Assembly: GCA_009602735.1 (NCBI GenBank)
Contig: WELA01001485.1
Location: forward strand, 1 to 64,000
DNA from: Mesotaenium endlicherianum
Lineage: Eukaryota
Length of the DNA stretch: 64,000 bases
Reading direction: 5' to 3'
The position numbers and the translations under genes are program-made. Each line of letters begins with the position of its first letter. Position 1 is the stretch's first letter. Of this stretch, positions 28,118 through 38,278 are shown one piece after another. The notes beneath the pieces were generated by a model. That model made no database searches and was not told the origin of the DNA. It was given only the letters and a program-made list of their open reading frames with translations.

Positions 28118-29377
28118 TTACGCTTTCATTAAATTCAGCTCTTTTCCTCCCCACTCAGGAAACAAAGTCTTATCGTCGTTGATCTTAAGATGACCGTTGG
28201 CCACCGCGCTGAACACCGACCTGAAATCGATACTCACCGGCAGGTCGCGGCCATCTTCGAGATCGGCCTTGGCCAATGATTTGATGTTGTTGTACACTTT
28301 TCCGCCTGCTACATCATTACCCAATACAAACAGGCAACTTGCCCTGCCATGGTCTGTGCCTCCGGTGCCGTTCTGGTATGCCGTTCTTCCAAACTCGGTC
28401 ATGGTCATCAGCGTTACTTCATCCTGGTAAGCGGCCAGGTCTTGCCAGAATGCAGCAATACTGTTACTGAAATCTCGCAGGTTATTTGCCAATGCACCAA
28501 TGGCCGTACCCTGGTTATAATGTGTATCCCATCCGCCGCTTTCGGCAAAAGCCACTTCCATGCCCACATCCATCTTGATCAATATGGCAATCTGTTTCAA
28601 TGCATTTCCTAATGGCGATGCAGGATACATCACACCTTGTGCGGGTTGGTAATTCCTGATATTGTTCACGTTCAGCATCTTCATGGCATCGAAACTTTCT
28701 TTGCCTGCCTTGTTCAATATTTCGCTGGAAGTCTGGTCGTACAATTGTTCAAAAGATTGAGCTACCGCATGTGTTGCTACCGGGGTGCCCCTCATCTGTA
28801 TGGCGAAATCCTGCAGGTTGTTGATGGCCAACGCTTCATTATCTCCATAAAAACTTCTGGGCAAAGCGCTTGTAAGACTCACAGCACGGAAGGGGGTAGC
28901 ATCATGTCCCGTTAAACCCACTGCCCTGTTCAGCCAGCCACTCGCCGTTCCTTTGTTGAAGGGTGTTCCGCTTTCCATATAATCCTGTGCATCGAAATGG
29001 CTGCGCGTATTATTCGGACTGCCTACTCCATGCACAATTGCCATGCGCCCCTCGGCGAAAAAAGGATGCAAACTATTCAATGAAGGATGCAGTGCAAAAC
29101 GTCCGTCGAGATCCGTCATGCTGCCTTCGGTTTTAGCAGGACTCATAAAGAGAGAGGGGCGCAATAATTTGAGGTTGGGATCTGCATACGGACTTACTGC
29201 CATCAGTCCGTCCATTGCTCCCCGTTGGAAAATACAGACCAGCACTTTATTTTTTTTATAAGGCGTCCATATCTTCCTGTTATCAGCGGCACGTGCCACA
29301 AAGCCTGGCACACCACCGAAGCCCGCTGCAAAAAGCGCCAGGGCGCCCGATTTCATGAATGCTCTCCTGTTGATCAT
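28118..29377 (-). CDS. DUF1501 domain protein (Tat signal)
   Basis: NRRAFMK, IFQRGAMDGL, RSHFDAQDYME, GGWDTH, TEFGRT, GTDHG. Confidence 0.9.
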   Translation of the reverse strand: MINRRAFMKSGALALFAAGFGGVPGFVARAADNRKIWTPYKKNKVLVCIFQRGAMDGLMAVSPYADPNLKLLRPSLFMSPAKTEGSMTDLDGRFALHPSLNSLHPFFAEGRMAIVHGVGSPNNTRSHFDAQDYMESGTPFNKGTASGWLNRAVGLTGHDATPFRAVSLTSALPRSFYGDNEALAINNLQDFAIQMRGTPVATHAVAQSFEQLYDQTSSEILNKAGKESFDAMKMLNVNNIRNYQPAQGVMYPASPLGNALKQIAILIKMDVGMEVAFAESGGWDTHYNQGTAIGALANNLRDFSNSIAAFWQDLAAYQDEVTLMTMTEFGRTAYQNGTGGTDHGRASCLFVLGNDVAGGKVYNNIKSLAKADLEDGRDLPVSIDFRSVFSAVANGHLKINDDKTLFPEWGGKELNLMKA

Positions 29378-29403
29378 AGAATATGCTTTATAATGTGATG
29401 GTG

Positions 29404-31143
29404 TTATTTCCGCTGGAATTCCGGCGACCCGATGAGAATACCTGTTACCTGCGATATCATGGCATTATTACCAGCCGCATAGGCCAATGTGAAATTGTTG
29501 TTCTTTTTATTCAGCGCAGCCAGGTTTAGTTTAACGCCAGGAATTTTTTCTGTAGCGAAAGCAAGACCAAAATTCATCCGGTTCAGCAGAGAGCCGGTAT
29601 TGATCCAATATCCGGCCTTATCGGGAAAACCGGTGGGCGCCTGGTAGAAATAGAAACGTTGTCCCATTTTCATACACCATGCATAAATTTGAAAAGGCTG
29701 CTGTATATCTGCGTTGGTAGCTCGAATGGCGCTGATAGCCAATTCAAAAGGAGATTTTACTTTTTCTCGTAATGCTTTCTGGTCCCAGAACTCAGGACTG
29801 TTCACCATCGTAATCAATACCGCTTTAATATTGCCATTCGTTTGAAGAAAAGCATCTGCCATCCTGTTCACCAATGCGGTAGCAGGTGTATCACATACAA
29901 AACGGTTAGCCAGTTTGGTAGCAATGAATTTAGCGGTGGAAGGATGTGTAGCCAGCATGTGCAGTACTTCCATACCCTCCTGGTAACCGCCGTTGGCCGG
30001 GAACCGGCGGCCGAGTATTGTTTTCTCTCCCTGGTCGTGCCGGTTGGCGCGAAATAAGAAATCACCTTCATGCACAAAGCCCTGCTTCTTCATTCGTTCT
30101 TCTCCCGCTATGTCCATTATTTTTTTGGCAATACCATTATTGTACAACGGTGCGGGAGCCCATCCTGTAAGTGCACGCGCCACTTCCGTCACATCTTTTT
30201 GAGTATATCCGCCGTCTACTCCCAGGGTATGCAATTCCATGATCTCTCTCGCATAGTTTTCATTCAACCCCTGTCTCTTCTGCGCATTCATCACCTGCTC
30301 CATCAGGCGCATACCGGCTTCACCAGTGGTATCGTTGTTGTTCATCTTACGCAACTGCAGTTTGCTCCTGAGTTGCTGTACATTGTTCTCCTGCTTGCGA
30401 ATCAATTCATTGTTATTGCTTACGCTCGATGCATTGTCGAGGTATTCCAGCATGGCAGGGTGCTTGGCAGTAGCCACCAGCATGGTTTCAAAATTCCCCA
30501 GTACATTCGGGCGGATCGCATCCCGCTCATACGTTTGTATATACTGCTCACACTGGTTCTTGGTTAGTGATACATTGAAATGATTGAACCAGAAATCTGT
30601 GAGCACTTCTTTGAGTTGGTTCTGCCCATAAGCTGCACGGATGATTTTCTGGTTGATGAGTTCCCGTTGCAGATCCTGCATAGGCTTATATCCGGCCTGT
30701 ACCATAAGCGTATGTAACTTGTCCTGGTATTCTTTTCTGCCAGCCGATTGTAAGGAGTCTTTGTCTATCAGGTGCTGCATGATCAACACGCGTATCAACT
30801 GGCCCGGGTTGAGGTAGGTATTGACGATGGTACTATTATCAAGATCCAATGTATTATATCCTTCCAGCCGTTTGTTCACTTCATCATCGGGGAGATCGGC
30901 ATTCAATTGTTGCTTCAGCCATTTATCAAGTCCCATAGATACCACTTCATCTACCTGTCCGGGTGTTGCGCCGAAACTGAAGCGGCTCAGCAGATGCGCC
31001 GCTGCCTGCCTGGAATCGAGGCCTGTTTTTTTGTACGGCATTTTTATTCGCGGTTCGGAAGAATGGCTCGTCTGAGCAAAAGCAGACAAGACAGTCATTA
31101 CCGCTCCCACCGCAAAAGTCTTCGCCATCCGTTTCAGATTCAT
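29404..31143 (-). CDS. DUF1800 domain protein
   Basis: HLLSRFSFGATPG, DFWFNHFNVS, PAMLEYLDN, NENYAREIMELHTLG, SPEFQRK. Confidence 0.9.
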   Translation of the reverse strand: MNLKRMAKTFAVGAVMTVLSAFAQTSHSSEPRIKMPYKKTGLDSRQAAAHLLSRFSFGATPGQVDEVVSMGLDKWLKQQLNADLPDDEVNKRLEGYNTLDLDNSTIVNTYLNPGQLIRVLIMQHLIDKDSLQSAGRKEYQDKLHTLMVQAGYKPMQDLQRELINQKIIRAAYGQNQLKEVLTDFWFNHFNVSLTKNQCEQYIQTYERDAIRPNVLGNFETMLVATAKHPAMLEYLDNASSVSNNNELIRKQENNVQQLRSKLQLRKMNNNDTTGEAGMRLMEQVMNAQKRQGLNENYAREIMELHTLGVDGGYTQKDVTEVARALTGWAPAPLYNNGIAKKIMDIAGEERMKKQGFVHEGDFLFRANRHDQGEKTILGRRFPANGGYQEGMEVLHMLATHPSTAKFIATKLANRFVCDTPATALVNRMADAFLQTNGNIKAVLITMVNSPEFWDQKALREKVKSPFELAISAIRATNADIQQPFQIYAWCMKMGQRFYFYQAPTGFPDKAGYWINTGSLLNRMNFGLAFATEKIPGVKLNLAALNKKNNNFTLAYAAGNNAMISQVTGILIGSPEFQRK

Positions 31144-31257
31144 ACGAACTTTTTTCGTTTGATGCGAAGGGTGCGAGAAAGTTTAATGGGATCACAAACA
31201 TAAAGATGAGGTTCGTCCTGTTAAAGCAACGTTTTACCGACAAATGCTATCAAACTG

Positions 31258-32190
31258 TTAAGCGTGGCGCATTCCTTTGGCCACCCGGAACAGGTGTAAT
31301 ACGTAAGGGAACAATGCATCCATTGTTTCTGCTGCACCTTTGGTAGAACCAGGCAATGTAATAACGAGGCTGTTTTGAATGAATCCTGCCACACCCCTGG
31401 AAAGCATGGCATAAGGCGTTCTTTGCTGGCCATAATTACGCGCCGCTTCCATGATGCCGGGAATCTCCCTGCTGAGTAACGGGCGAATGGCATCGGGTGT
31501 AACATCGCGGGGAGACAATCCTGTACCGCCTGTAAAAAGTACCAGGTGATAACCTTCTGATGCCAACTGTTGCGCTTTCTCTTGTATGAGCGCAAATTCA
31601 TCGGGAATTACTTCATATATGGATGCCTGCAAATGATGTTGTTGTAATTTTTCTACTACCGTTCTTCCGCTGCTGTCTTCTTTCGAACCAGCAGATACTG
31701 CATCTGAACAAACGATCACTGCGCAACGCAGGCTATCGGTGAGTGTTTCATTAAAGGTGGTTTTGCCGCCTTTTTTAGACTCCAGGTGAATGTTGGTTAT
31801 TTCAATGCCTTTGTCGATAGGCTTCAGCATATCGTACATGGTCAATGCTGTGATGGCAGCGCCATGCATCGCCTCTACTTCAACACCTGTTTTATAAATG
31901 GTGCGTACTTCAACCCTGATTATAATAGACAGTTCTTCTACCTGGTATTGTATAGATGCGTGTTCTACCGGCAGCGGATGGCAGTCGGGAATCACATCAC
32001 TGGTTCGTTTGATGGCCAGCAATCCGGCTGCCCTGGAAAATTCGAATACATCGCCCTTGGGAACTGTTTTGTTTTGTACGGCATGGATCGTTAACAGATC
32101 AGATACTTTCAATACTGCTACTGCCACTGCTTCTCTCAGGCTGTTCGATTTGGAAGTGATATCTACCATGGTCATTGATTCGTTTTCCAT
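31258..32190 (-). CDS. moaCB: Bifunctional molybdenum cofactor biosynthesis protein MoaC/MoaB
   Basis: [34 protein letters not shown], then [13 protein letters not shown] and LPGS. Confidence 0.92.
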   Translation of the reverse strand: MENESMTMVDITSKSNSLREAVAVAVLKVSDLLTIHAVQNKTVPKGDVFEFSRAAGLLAIKRTSDVIPDCHPLPVEHASIQYQVEELSIIIRVEVRTIYKTGVEVEAMHGAAITALTMYDMLKPIDKGIEITNIHLESKKGGKTTFNETLTDSLRCAVIVCSDAVSAGSKEDSSGRTVVEKLQQHHLQASIYEVIPDEFALIQEKAQQLASEGYHLVLFTGGTGLSPRDVTPDAIRPLLSREIPGIMEAARNYGQQRTPYAMLSRGVAGFIQNSLVITLPGSTKGAAETMDALFPYVLHLFRVAKGMRHA

Positions 32191-32618
32191 TGATGGGTCT
32201 CATCTTCAAACAATTCTTTTCCCCACACGGGTAATTCTGCTTTGATCCGCTCCACCAGTTCGCTGCAAGCATCTGTTGCTACTTTCCTATGCGGCGCAGA
32301 AGTGAACACAAACAAACAAATTTCACCGGCCTGCACATTGCCTAAGCTATGCCATACATGCATGCAGGTAAGGGCGTATTTTGAAAATGTTTCTTCCCGT
32401 ATTGCATGCATTTTTTCAATAGCCATTTCTTCGTATGCACTGTATTCAATAGCTGCCACTTTTTTTCCGTTGATCACATCGGCCCTTACCTGTCCCAGGA
32501 AAATACTGTGTGCGCCAATATCTGTTTTGGTTTGATGACCCTGTATTTTCTCCGCAATGAACGAAGCAGCAATCGCTCCGCGCAAAAAGGGGTTCTTATA
32601 TTTCTTTACCTCGTTCAT
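32172..32618 (-). CDS. moaE: Molybdopterin synthase catalytic subunit
   Basis: [39 protein letters not shown]. Confidence 0.92.
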   Translation of the reverse strand: MNEVKKYKNPFLRGAIAASFIAEKIQGHQTKTDIGAHSIFLGQVRADVINGKKVAAIEYSAYEEMAIEKMHAIREETFSKYALTCMHVWHSLGNVQAGEICLFVFTSAPHRKVATDACSELVERIKAELPVWGKELFEDETHQWKTNQ

Positions 32619-32638
32619 ATTTTTATTGCAACCATTAC

Positions 32639-32869
32639 TCACCCACCGGAAAAAGCAGGAAGCAATGCTACTGTTGTTGCATTGGTAAGGGTTGTATTTT
32701 CTGTAATAAGATTTTTGTTCACCGCTATCCTGTAATGCATACTGCTTAATACCGGGAACCGCTTGTTGATTTCCTGCACCAGTTGGTCTGTATCCCGCAC
32801 ATCGAAAATTTCCATTTCCGGCGCGGCCGCTTCCGCCAACTGTCCAAATAAAAGCACTTTTGTTTTCAT
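32639..32869 (-). CDS. moaD: Molybdopterin synthase sulfur carrier (MoaD/ThiS)
   Basis: LLFGQLAE, IAVN and C-terminal LLPAFSGG. Confidence 0.9.
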   Translation of the reverse strand: MKTKVLLFGQLAEAAAPEMEIFDVRDTDQLVQEINKRFPVLSSMHYRIAVNKNLITENTTLTNATTVALLPAFSGG

Positions 32870-32873
32870 ACCA

Positions 32874-33611
32874 TCAATGATGTTCAACCAGTAATTTATA
32901 GGATGCGATACATAATACCATGGCCAATGTATATTTTAACACCATTTGTGTCATGCGCATCGCTCCAATATATGCACCGCACAAACCGCCTGCAAATGCA
33001 ATGGCCACATACAAATACATATCTCCATTGAAATGTATTCCATTGGTCATCTGACCCACCAGTCCTGCTATTGAATTAACAAAAATAAACAAAGCGCTGA
33101 TAGCGGCTGTCTGTTTCATATCGGTCCACCGCAGGAGCAATAAAATGGGGGATAAAATAATACCGCCGCCAATACCTATCAAACCTGAAAAAAAGCCAAG
33201 CGATGCGCCGATCAATAATGACAAACCAATGCTGGACTTTTTGCATTCCACCTTTCCGGTATATTGGAAAAACAGGAAACGGGCAACCGATATCAACAAT
33301 AAAACACCCAGTATTTTTTTATAGGTAACGGCATTGATGGTGATTAGTCCGCCTACAAATGCCGCCGGCATAGACGCTACCGCCAAAGGCAGAAAGATGT
33401 TCCATTTGAAATGGCCTCCCCTGTAAAACTGTATAAAAGAAGTAAGGGATACAAAGAGATTCAGCATCAACGCTGTTGGCTTCATTACATCGGGAGCGAT
33501 GCCATAAAGCGCCATCAATGCCAGGTAACCACTGGCGCCGCCATGCCCAACCGAAGCATACAGAAAGGCAATTACAAACAAGAGTACATAAAACAAGATC
33601 ATTGGGTCCAT
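32874..33611 (-). CDS. TauE/SafE-family (TSUP) membrane transporter
   Basis: YASVGHGGASGY, SGLIGIGGGIILSP; multi-TM. Confidence 0.88.
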   Translation of the reverse strand: MDPMILFYVLLFVIAFLYASVGHGGASGYLALMALYGIAPDVMKPTALMLNLFVSLTSFIQFYRGGHFKWNIFLPLAVASMPAAFVGGLITINAVTYKKILGVLLLISVARFLFFQYTGKVECKKSSIGLSLLIGASLGFFSGLIGIGGGIILSPILLLLRWTDMKQTAAISALFIFVNSIAGLVGQMTNGIHFNGDMYLYVAIAFAGGLCGAYIGAMRMTQMVLKYTLAMVLCIASYKLLVEHH

Positions 33612-33620
33612 CTTAAAAGA

Positions 33621-34805
33621 TCAGCAGGTTAATAAATGTATTTCAACAAGGCTGCCTTCTTCGCAGCGCTCTGTTTCTTCATCTACTTTAATCAAACAAT
33701 TGGCTGTTGCAAATGAACGCATCCGGTATGACTCCTGTGCATCCAACAGCGTCACCTTACTTCCATCATAATATCCTTTCAGGAAATGAGTCAATGCATT
33801 TGTTTTAGTATAAACGCCCTCAAGGGGTGTGTGAACAACTGGCAACGACAGGTTGCGCTTATTGAGCAAACTGATCGCATCGAGTACATACTCATAAAAA
33901 CAGGTAAGCACCGAAGATGGGTTGCCGGGTAAACCAAATACAGGCTTATTCATTTTGATTCCTGAGTACAAAGGCTTTCCCGGTTTTTGTTTCACTTTAT
34001 GAAAAAGAGATTCTACTTTGCATGCAGCCGCAGCTTCTGTAACAAAATCATATTTGCCTACGCTTACACCACCCGTGAGTAAAACCATATCGCTCTCATC
34101 CAACGCCTGCTGCAACATATTCTTCAACGTTCTCAGATCATCTTTTGCCCTGTACACTTTTATGCTTTCGATACCGAAAAACTGCAATACAGCAACCAAT
34201 GCATAAGAATTGGATTCATATACCTGTCCGTATTGCAGGGGTTTGCCCGGATCCTGCAACTCGTTACCCGTAACGATCAGGCTGATTTCCGGGTTGGGAT
34301 AAACAGTTGCTTTTTCTATTCCTATTCCTGCCAGAAAACCGATGGATGCAGGCGTAAGCAGGTGGCTCTTTTTCATAGCAATTTCACCTGCTTTTATTTC
34401 CGAGCCCTTCGGTCTTACGTTGGCACCGTGACGGATATGTTCGTCCTGCAAGGTCAGTGCATCATGCGTGGCATTGGTTTTCTCCTGCATGATCACCGTA
34501 TCTGTTCCTGCCGGAACAGGCGCCCCGGTAAAAATGCGGAAAGCTTTACCCGGCATTTTCTTTTTGATAATCCCACTGCCTGCCGGTACTTCACCTGCGA
34601 TCCCGAGAGGCTTTCCCGGTTGCCAGTCCTGGAATGCAAAAGCATATCCATCCATGGCCGATTGTGCAAAAGCGGGGATATCGAATGGTGCGTGCAGGTC
34701 TTCTGCCAATACTTTTCCGGCAGCATCTGCCAGGTGCATGGTTACCGGCTCTAATGCATGAAAAGCTTCGGCTATTCTTTTTTTGGCTTCTGTTACTGAG
34801 ATCAT
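33621..34805 (-). CDS. moeA: Molybdopterin molybdotransferase
   Basis: SAMDGYA, RIFTGAPVP.G.DTVIMQE, TGNEL, TGGVSVG.YD, KPGKP, GLPGNP. Confidence 0.93.
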   Translation of the reverse strand: MISVTEAKKRIAEAFHALEPVTMHLADAAGKVLAEDLHAPFDIPAFAQSAMDGYAFAFQDWQPGKPLGIAGEVPAGSGIIKKKMPGKAFRIFTGAPVPAGTDTVIMQEKTNATHDALTLQDEHIRHGANVRPKGSEIKAGEIAMKKSHLLTPASIGFLAGIGIEKATVYPNPEISLIVTGNELQDPGKPLQYGQVYESNSYALVAVLQFFGIESIKVYRAKDDLRTLKNMLQQALDESDMVLLTGGVSVGKYDFVTEAAAACKVESLFHKVKQKPGKPLYSGIKMNKPVFGLPGNPSSVLTCFYEYVLDAISLLNKRNLSLPVVHTPLEGVYTKTNALTHFLKGYYDGSKVTLLDAQESYRMRSFATANCLIKVDEETERCEEGSLVEIHLLTC

Positions 34806-34817
34806 CGTAATTTTTTA

Positions 34818-35798
34818 TCAGCCACCAATGGTGATCATGCTTCTGTTCTGGATTGTGTTGGCATACAGGTGTTCAAAATCTGTATTAAATTGTCCGCCTA
34901 ATTCTTTTGCTTTCCCCCATATCGACTGTTGCACCAGCGGCACTACGGGTTCCCCATTTCTTAAAGCAGTAAGCAGATCGGTTTCTTCTTTCGAGAAAAG
35001 ACAATTCTTCATTTTCCCATCAGCGGTGAGCCGCATCCGGTTGCAACCTCCACAGAAAGGTGCACTCATGGTACTGATCACTGCAAAGCTGCCTGCATGC
35101 CCGGGAACCTGGTATGCTTTCGCCGTATCGTGCGGCTTGCCGGGTAAAGCAGTGAAGGCATAGGTCTTTTCAATGGTATGCATCATTTCCTGCCAGGTAA
35201 CCACTTTATTATTGGTCCACCTGTTGCCGGTAAAAGGCATGAATTCAATGAACCGGATATGAACGGGTTCCAGTTTTGTCCATTCAACAAAATCGGTCAG
35301 TTCATCTTCATTCAATCCTTTCATCACCACCACATTGATCTTAACATGAAAACCCCTGTTCAACAACAGGGCAATATTTTGCTTTACCGTATTAAAATGA
35401 TTTTGCCGGGTGATGAAAAGGAATTTATCTGCCAACAATGTATCCAGGCTGATATTGATGGAACGGACGCCTGCGTCTTCCAATACCTGCACAAACTTAT
35501 GCAGCCTTGTACCATTGGTAGTAAGCGTAAGCGCTACCGGTAATTTCGCGAGTGCTTGCAGGATAGCAGTGGCGTCTTTGCGTACCAGCGGCTCGCCACC
35601 TGTGAGCCTGATTTTCTTCACACCCAGGCTCACAAAAATTTTTGCCAGCTCCTCAATTTCAGCCGCCTGCATCAATTGTTTGGCCGGGGTAAACACATAA
35701 TCTTCTTCCGGCATGCAATAAAAACAACGCAAGTTGCAATTATCTGTCAGCGAGATACGCAAATAGTCGTGAGTCCTGTTATGTTGATCTACCAGCAT
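34818..35798 (-). CDS. moaA: GTP 3',8-cyclase
   Basis: YLRISLTDNCNLRCFYCMP, RLTGGEPL, FCGGCNRMRLTADG, C-terminal MITIGG. Confidence 0.95.
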   Translation of the reverse strand: MLVDQHNRTHDYLRISLTDNCNLRCFYCMPEEDYVFTPAKQLMQAAEIEELAKIFVSLGVKKIRLTGGEPLVRKDATAILQALAKLPVALTLTTNGTRLHKFVQVLEDAGVRSINISLDTLLADKFLFITRQNHFNTVKQNIALLLNRGFHVKINVVVMKGLNEDELTDFVEWTKLEPVHIRFIEFMPFTGNRWTNNKVVTWQEMMHTIEKTYAFTALPGKPHDTAKAYQVPGHAGSFAVISTMSAPFCGGCNRMRLTADGKMKNCLFSKEETDLLTALRNGEPVVPLVQQSIWGKAKELGGQFNTDFEHLYANTIQNRSMITIGG

Positions 35799-35886
35799 AT
35801 ATATTCTTTTTCATCAACCAGCTCGAATAATCAGTAAATTTATGTAGCCTAAAGGCCCCAACCCAACTTTAATTTATACATTCTAT

Positions 35887-36186
35887 ATGAAGCCCACCAT
35901 CACCATCACTTATTGTCCCAAATGTCACTGGCTGCTGCGCGCCGCTTATATTGCACAGGAGCTGCTGACCACTTTCGAGGCAGAGCTCAAAGCCGTTGCC
36001 CTCGAACCCAGCGAGACCAGCGGCGAATTCCACATCAGTCTCGACAACGAAAAAATTTTCGACCGGAAAGAATACGGTGGCTTTCCCGAAATAAAAGAGC
36101 TGAAGCAAGTCGTAAGGGACCGGGTTAGTCCGGGCAAAAGCCTCGGCCATGCCGATACCAAACCCCACCATACCGATATCCTTTAA
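35887..36186 (+). CDS. SelT/SelW/SelH (Rdx) family protein
   Basis: ITYCPKCHWLLRAAYIAQELL.TF, GGFPEIKELKQ..RD...PG..LGH. Confidence 0.9.
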   Translation: MKPTITITYCPKCHWLLRAAYIAQELLTTFEAELKAVALEPSETSGEFHISLDNEKIFDRKEYGGFPEIKELKQVVRDRVSPGKSLGHADTKPHHTDIL

Positions 36187-36202
36187 CAAAATAATTCAAA
36201 TT

Positions 36203-36787
36203 ATGTTGGGTATTATCCTTTGCGGTGGTAATAGTTCCAGGATGGGGAGCGACAAAGGGTTGCTCAAACTGGAAGCCAAGACCTGGGCGCAGACAGCCAT
36301 TGATAAAATAACGCCGTTGGGGATACCGGTTAAACTTTCTGTGAACCAGCAACAATACAAAGATTACACAGCAGTTTTCGATGCTGCTGATCTGGTAGTG
36401 GATGCCCCTTCGCTGGATTTACGCGGCCCATTATTAGGTGTACTAAGCTGCCATCTGCAATATCCGCAGAGAGCTCTTTTTGCACTTGCCTGCGATATGC
36501 CGCTGATGGAATCCACTTTGCTCAAAGAACTTCATGAACGATACCAACAGGCACCTGAAGCAGAAGCCTGCGTTTTCACAAACGACGGAGAACCGGAACC
36601 TCTATGCGCTATCTACAGTGCAAGAGGATTGGCTAAGATATTGGCGCTGCTACAGAATGGGCATTTGGCCAAACACAGTATGAAGTACATGCTCGATCAT
36701 CTTAGTATTGTCTGCATTCCCATACAACCACAACAGAAAATCTCGTTCCGCAATTTCAATGCGCATGCAGAACTAAATGGTTTGTAG
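36203..36787 (+). CDS. mobA: Molybdenum cofactor guanylyltransferase
   Basis: IILCGGNSSRMGSDKG, GPLLG, LACDMP, EPLCAIY. Confidence 0.9.
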   Translation: MLGIILCGGNSSRMGSDKGLLKLEAKTWAQTAIDKITPLGIPVKLSVNQQQYKDYTAVFDAADLVVDAPSLDLRGPLLGVLSCHLQYPQRALFALACDMPLMESTLLKELHERYQQAPEAEACVFTNDGEPEPLCAIYSARGLAKILALLQNGHLAKHSMKYMLDHLSIVCIPIQPQQKISFRNFNAHAELNGL

Positions 36788-38272
36788 TTCAAGCCCGGCT
36801 TTTTCAATACGTGTATAGCTCGATTTATCTGCATCGCATAATGGGCAATGGTAATCTTCATCCAATGATTCAAATGCAGTACCGGGAGCTGCTCCTTTCT
36901 CCAGGTCGCCAAACGATTCATCGTATATGGTAAAGCAATGCCGGCATTGGTGTACATAAGATAGCTGCTTCTTCAGTTCGGGTGCTTTCTCAGCAGCTAC
37001 CTGTTTTTCCATGATCGCATTCTTATCTGCACGATTATTATAAAACGCAATCACCAAACGTCTCAACTGTTCACCCAACAAGAATTTCGGATTGGCCCTG
37101 CTGAATACAAAGCCAGTGCGTGCATTCGGATTGAAATCATGTGCACAAAGGATATCATATACATACAGGCATTCCAATCCGCACAAGTTGATCAGTGGCC
37201 TGCGGCGTACCAGTACACTACAGAATACTTCACTTTTTTTCCTGGTTTTGATACCAATGCATACACCGAATGTGCGGGTATCTTCATCATTCAATTTTTT
37301 AACCAGGTAATTTTTCAACTCCAATCCTTCACGGCAATGATCTTCCACCTGGAAATTCAATTCATTGGCAGCATGCCGCATGTTCACCTGGTACTTGTTC
37401 AGCAATTGATTCCATTTGGGCCGGTCTTTTTCCTCCACCCCTTTGATGATGATCGACTTCCAGGGCGTAGAACAAAGCTGGCCGATCTTGGTATCCAGGC
37501 AAAGTTTACACAGCGCTTTCAAAAAATCAACCGCAAACAATTCGTCGCGCCTGTAAATACCCACCCAGTATTTATCGTTGACCCTGTTGACCCCCTCATA
37601 GTAAGGCAGGTTGAAAGCAGGTAATGCCGCAGGTTTTTCAGCAGGCTTGGTAATGTATTGCTGTTTTTGAAGCAGTTGCATCAATGCTTCACCCTTCGCC
37701 TGTTTGTTGTCGTAAAACGCTTCTCTGTGCTGAAAGATCAGTTTTTCAATTTCTTTTGACACACCCGGAATATCATTGGTGTATACCATTTCATTCCATT
37801 CGTAAATACTGTTGGTCTTAGGAAAACGGATGAATAAATGCCAGAAATGAAGGGACGTAGCCGAAGCTACCCAATTAATATTGCCCGTAAGCATGGGTGT
37901 AAAACTCTGGTGACTGTCCGAAACATTGATCTTGAGCTCGGGCTCATAATCGAGTCCATCGAATATATCCTTGTATACACCTTCACTCAGCCAGGTATTG
38001 GTAATGAATATTTCCTCTGCCGGATAAGAGCTTACGATATTGGGATGTTGTTCATTATCCAGATCATAAGGAATGGCCAATTGACCCAATCCTTCACGAA
38101 GTATATGAATGGAATCAGCTGATGCATTCAACAGCAATTGCTGACGCAACCCGAAGCTTACATGCAACACGCCCGCCCTCCTTGCTACTACAAGGATATT
38201 ATAAAGATCGCCAGGCGAGATAATTCCTCCCCTGAAGTTGATCTTGATAGTATGATTGCTTCGTATTCCCAT
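36773..38272 (-). CDS. Rubredoxin-domain protein with nitrite/sulfite-reductase ferredoxin-like repeats
   Basis: C-terminal CRHCFTIYD...FESL.EDYHCPLC; N-terminal RGGIISPGDL...FGLRQQL. Confidence 0.85.
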   Translation of the reverse strand: MGIRSNHTIKINFRGGIISPGDLYNILVVARRAGVLHVSFGLRQQLLLNASADSIHILREGLGQLAIPYDLDNEQHPNIVSSYPAEEIFITNTWLSEGVYKDIFDGLDYEPELKINVSDSHQSFTPMLTGNINWVASATSLHFWHLFIRFPKTNSIYEWNEMVYTNDIPGVSKEIEKLIFQHREAFYDNKQAKGEALMQLLQKQQYITKPAEKPAALPAFNLPYYEGVNRVNDKYWVGIYRRDELFAVDFLKALCKLCLDTKIGQLCSTPWKSIIIKGVEEKDRPKWNQLLNKYQVNMRHAANELNFQVEDHCREGLELKNYLVKKLNDEDTRTFGVCIGIKTRKKSEVFCSVLVRRRPLINLCGLECLYVYDILCAHDFNPNARTGFVFSRANPKFLLGEQLRRLVIAFYNNRADKNAIMEKQVAAEKAPELKKQLSYVHQCRHCFTIYDESFGDLEKGAAPGTAFESLDEDYHCPLCDADKSSYTRIEKAGLELQTI

Positions 38273-38278
38273 ACATGT

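Noticed and set aside
35887..36186. Selenoprotein or recoding in the SelT/W/H gene
   Set aside because: The motif is CxxC with no in-frame TGA.
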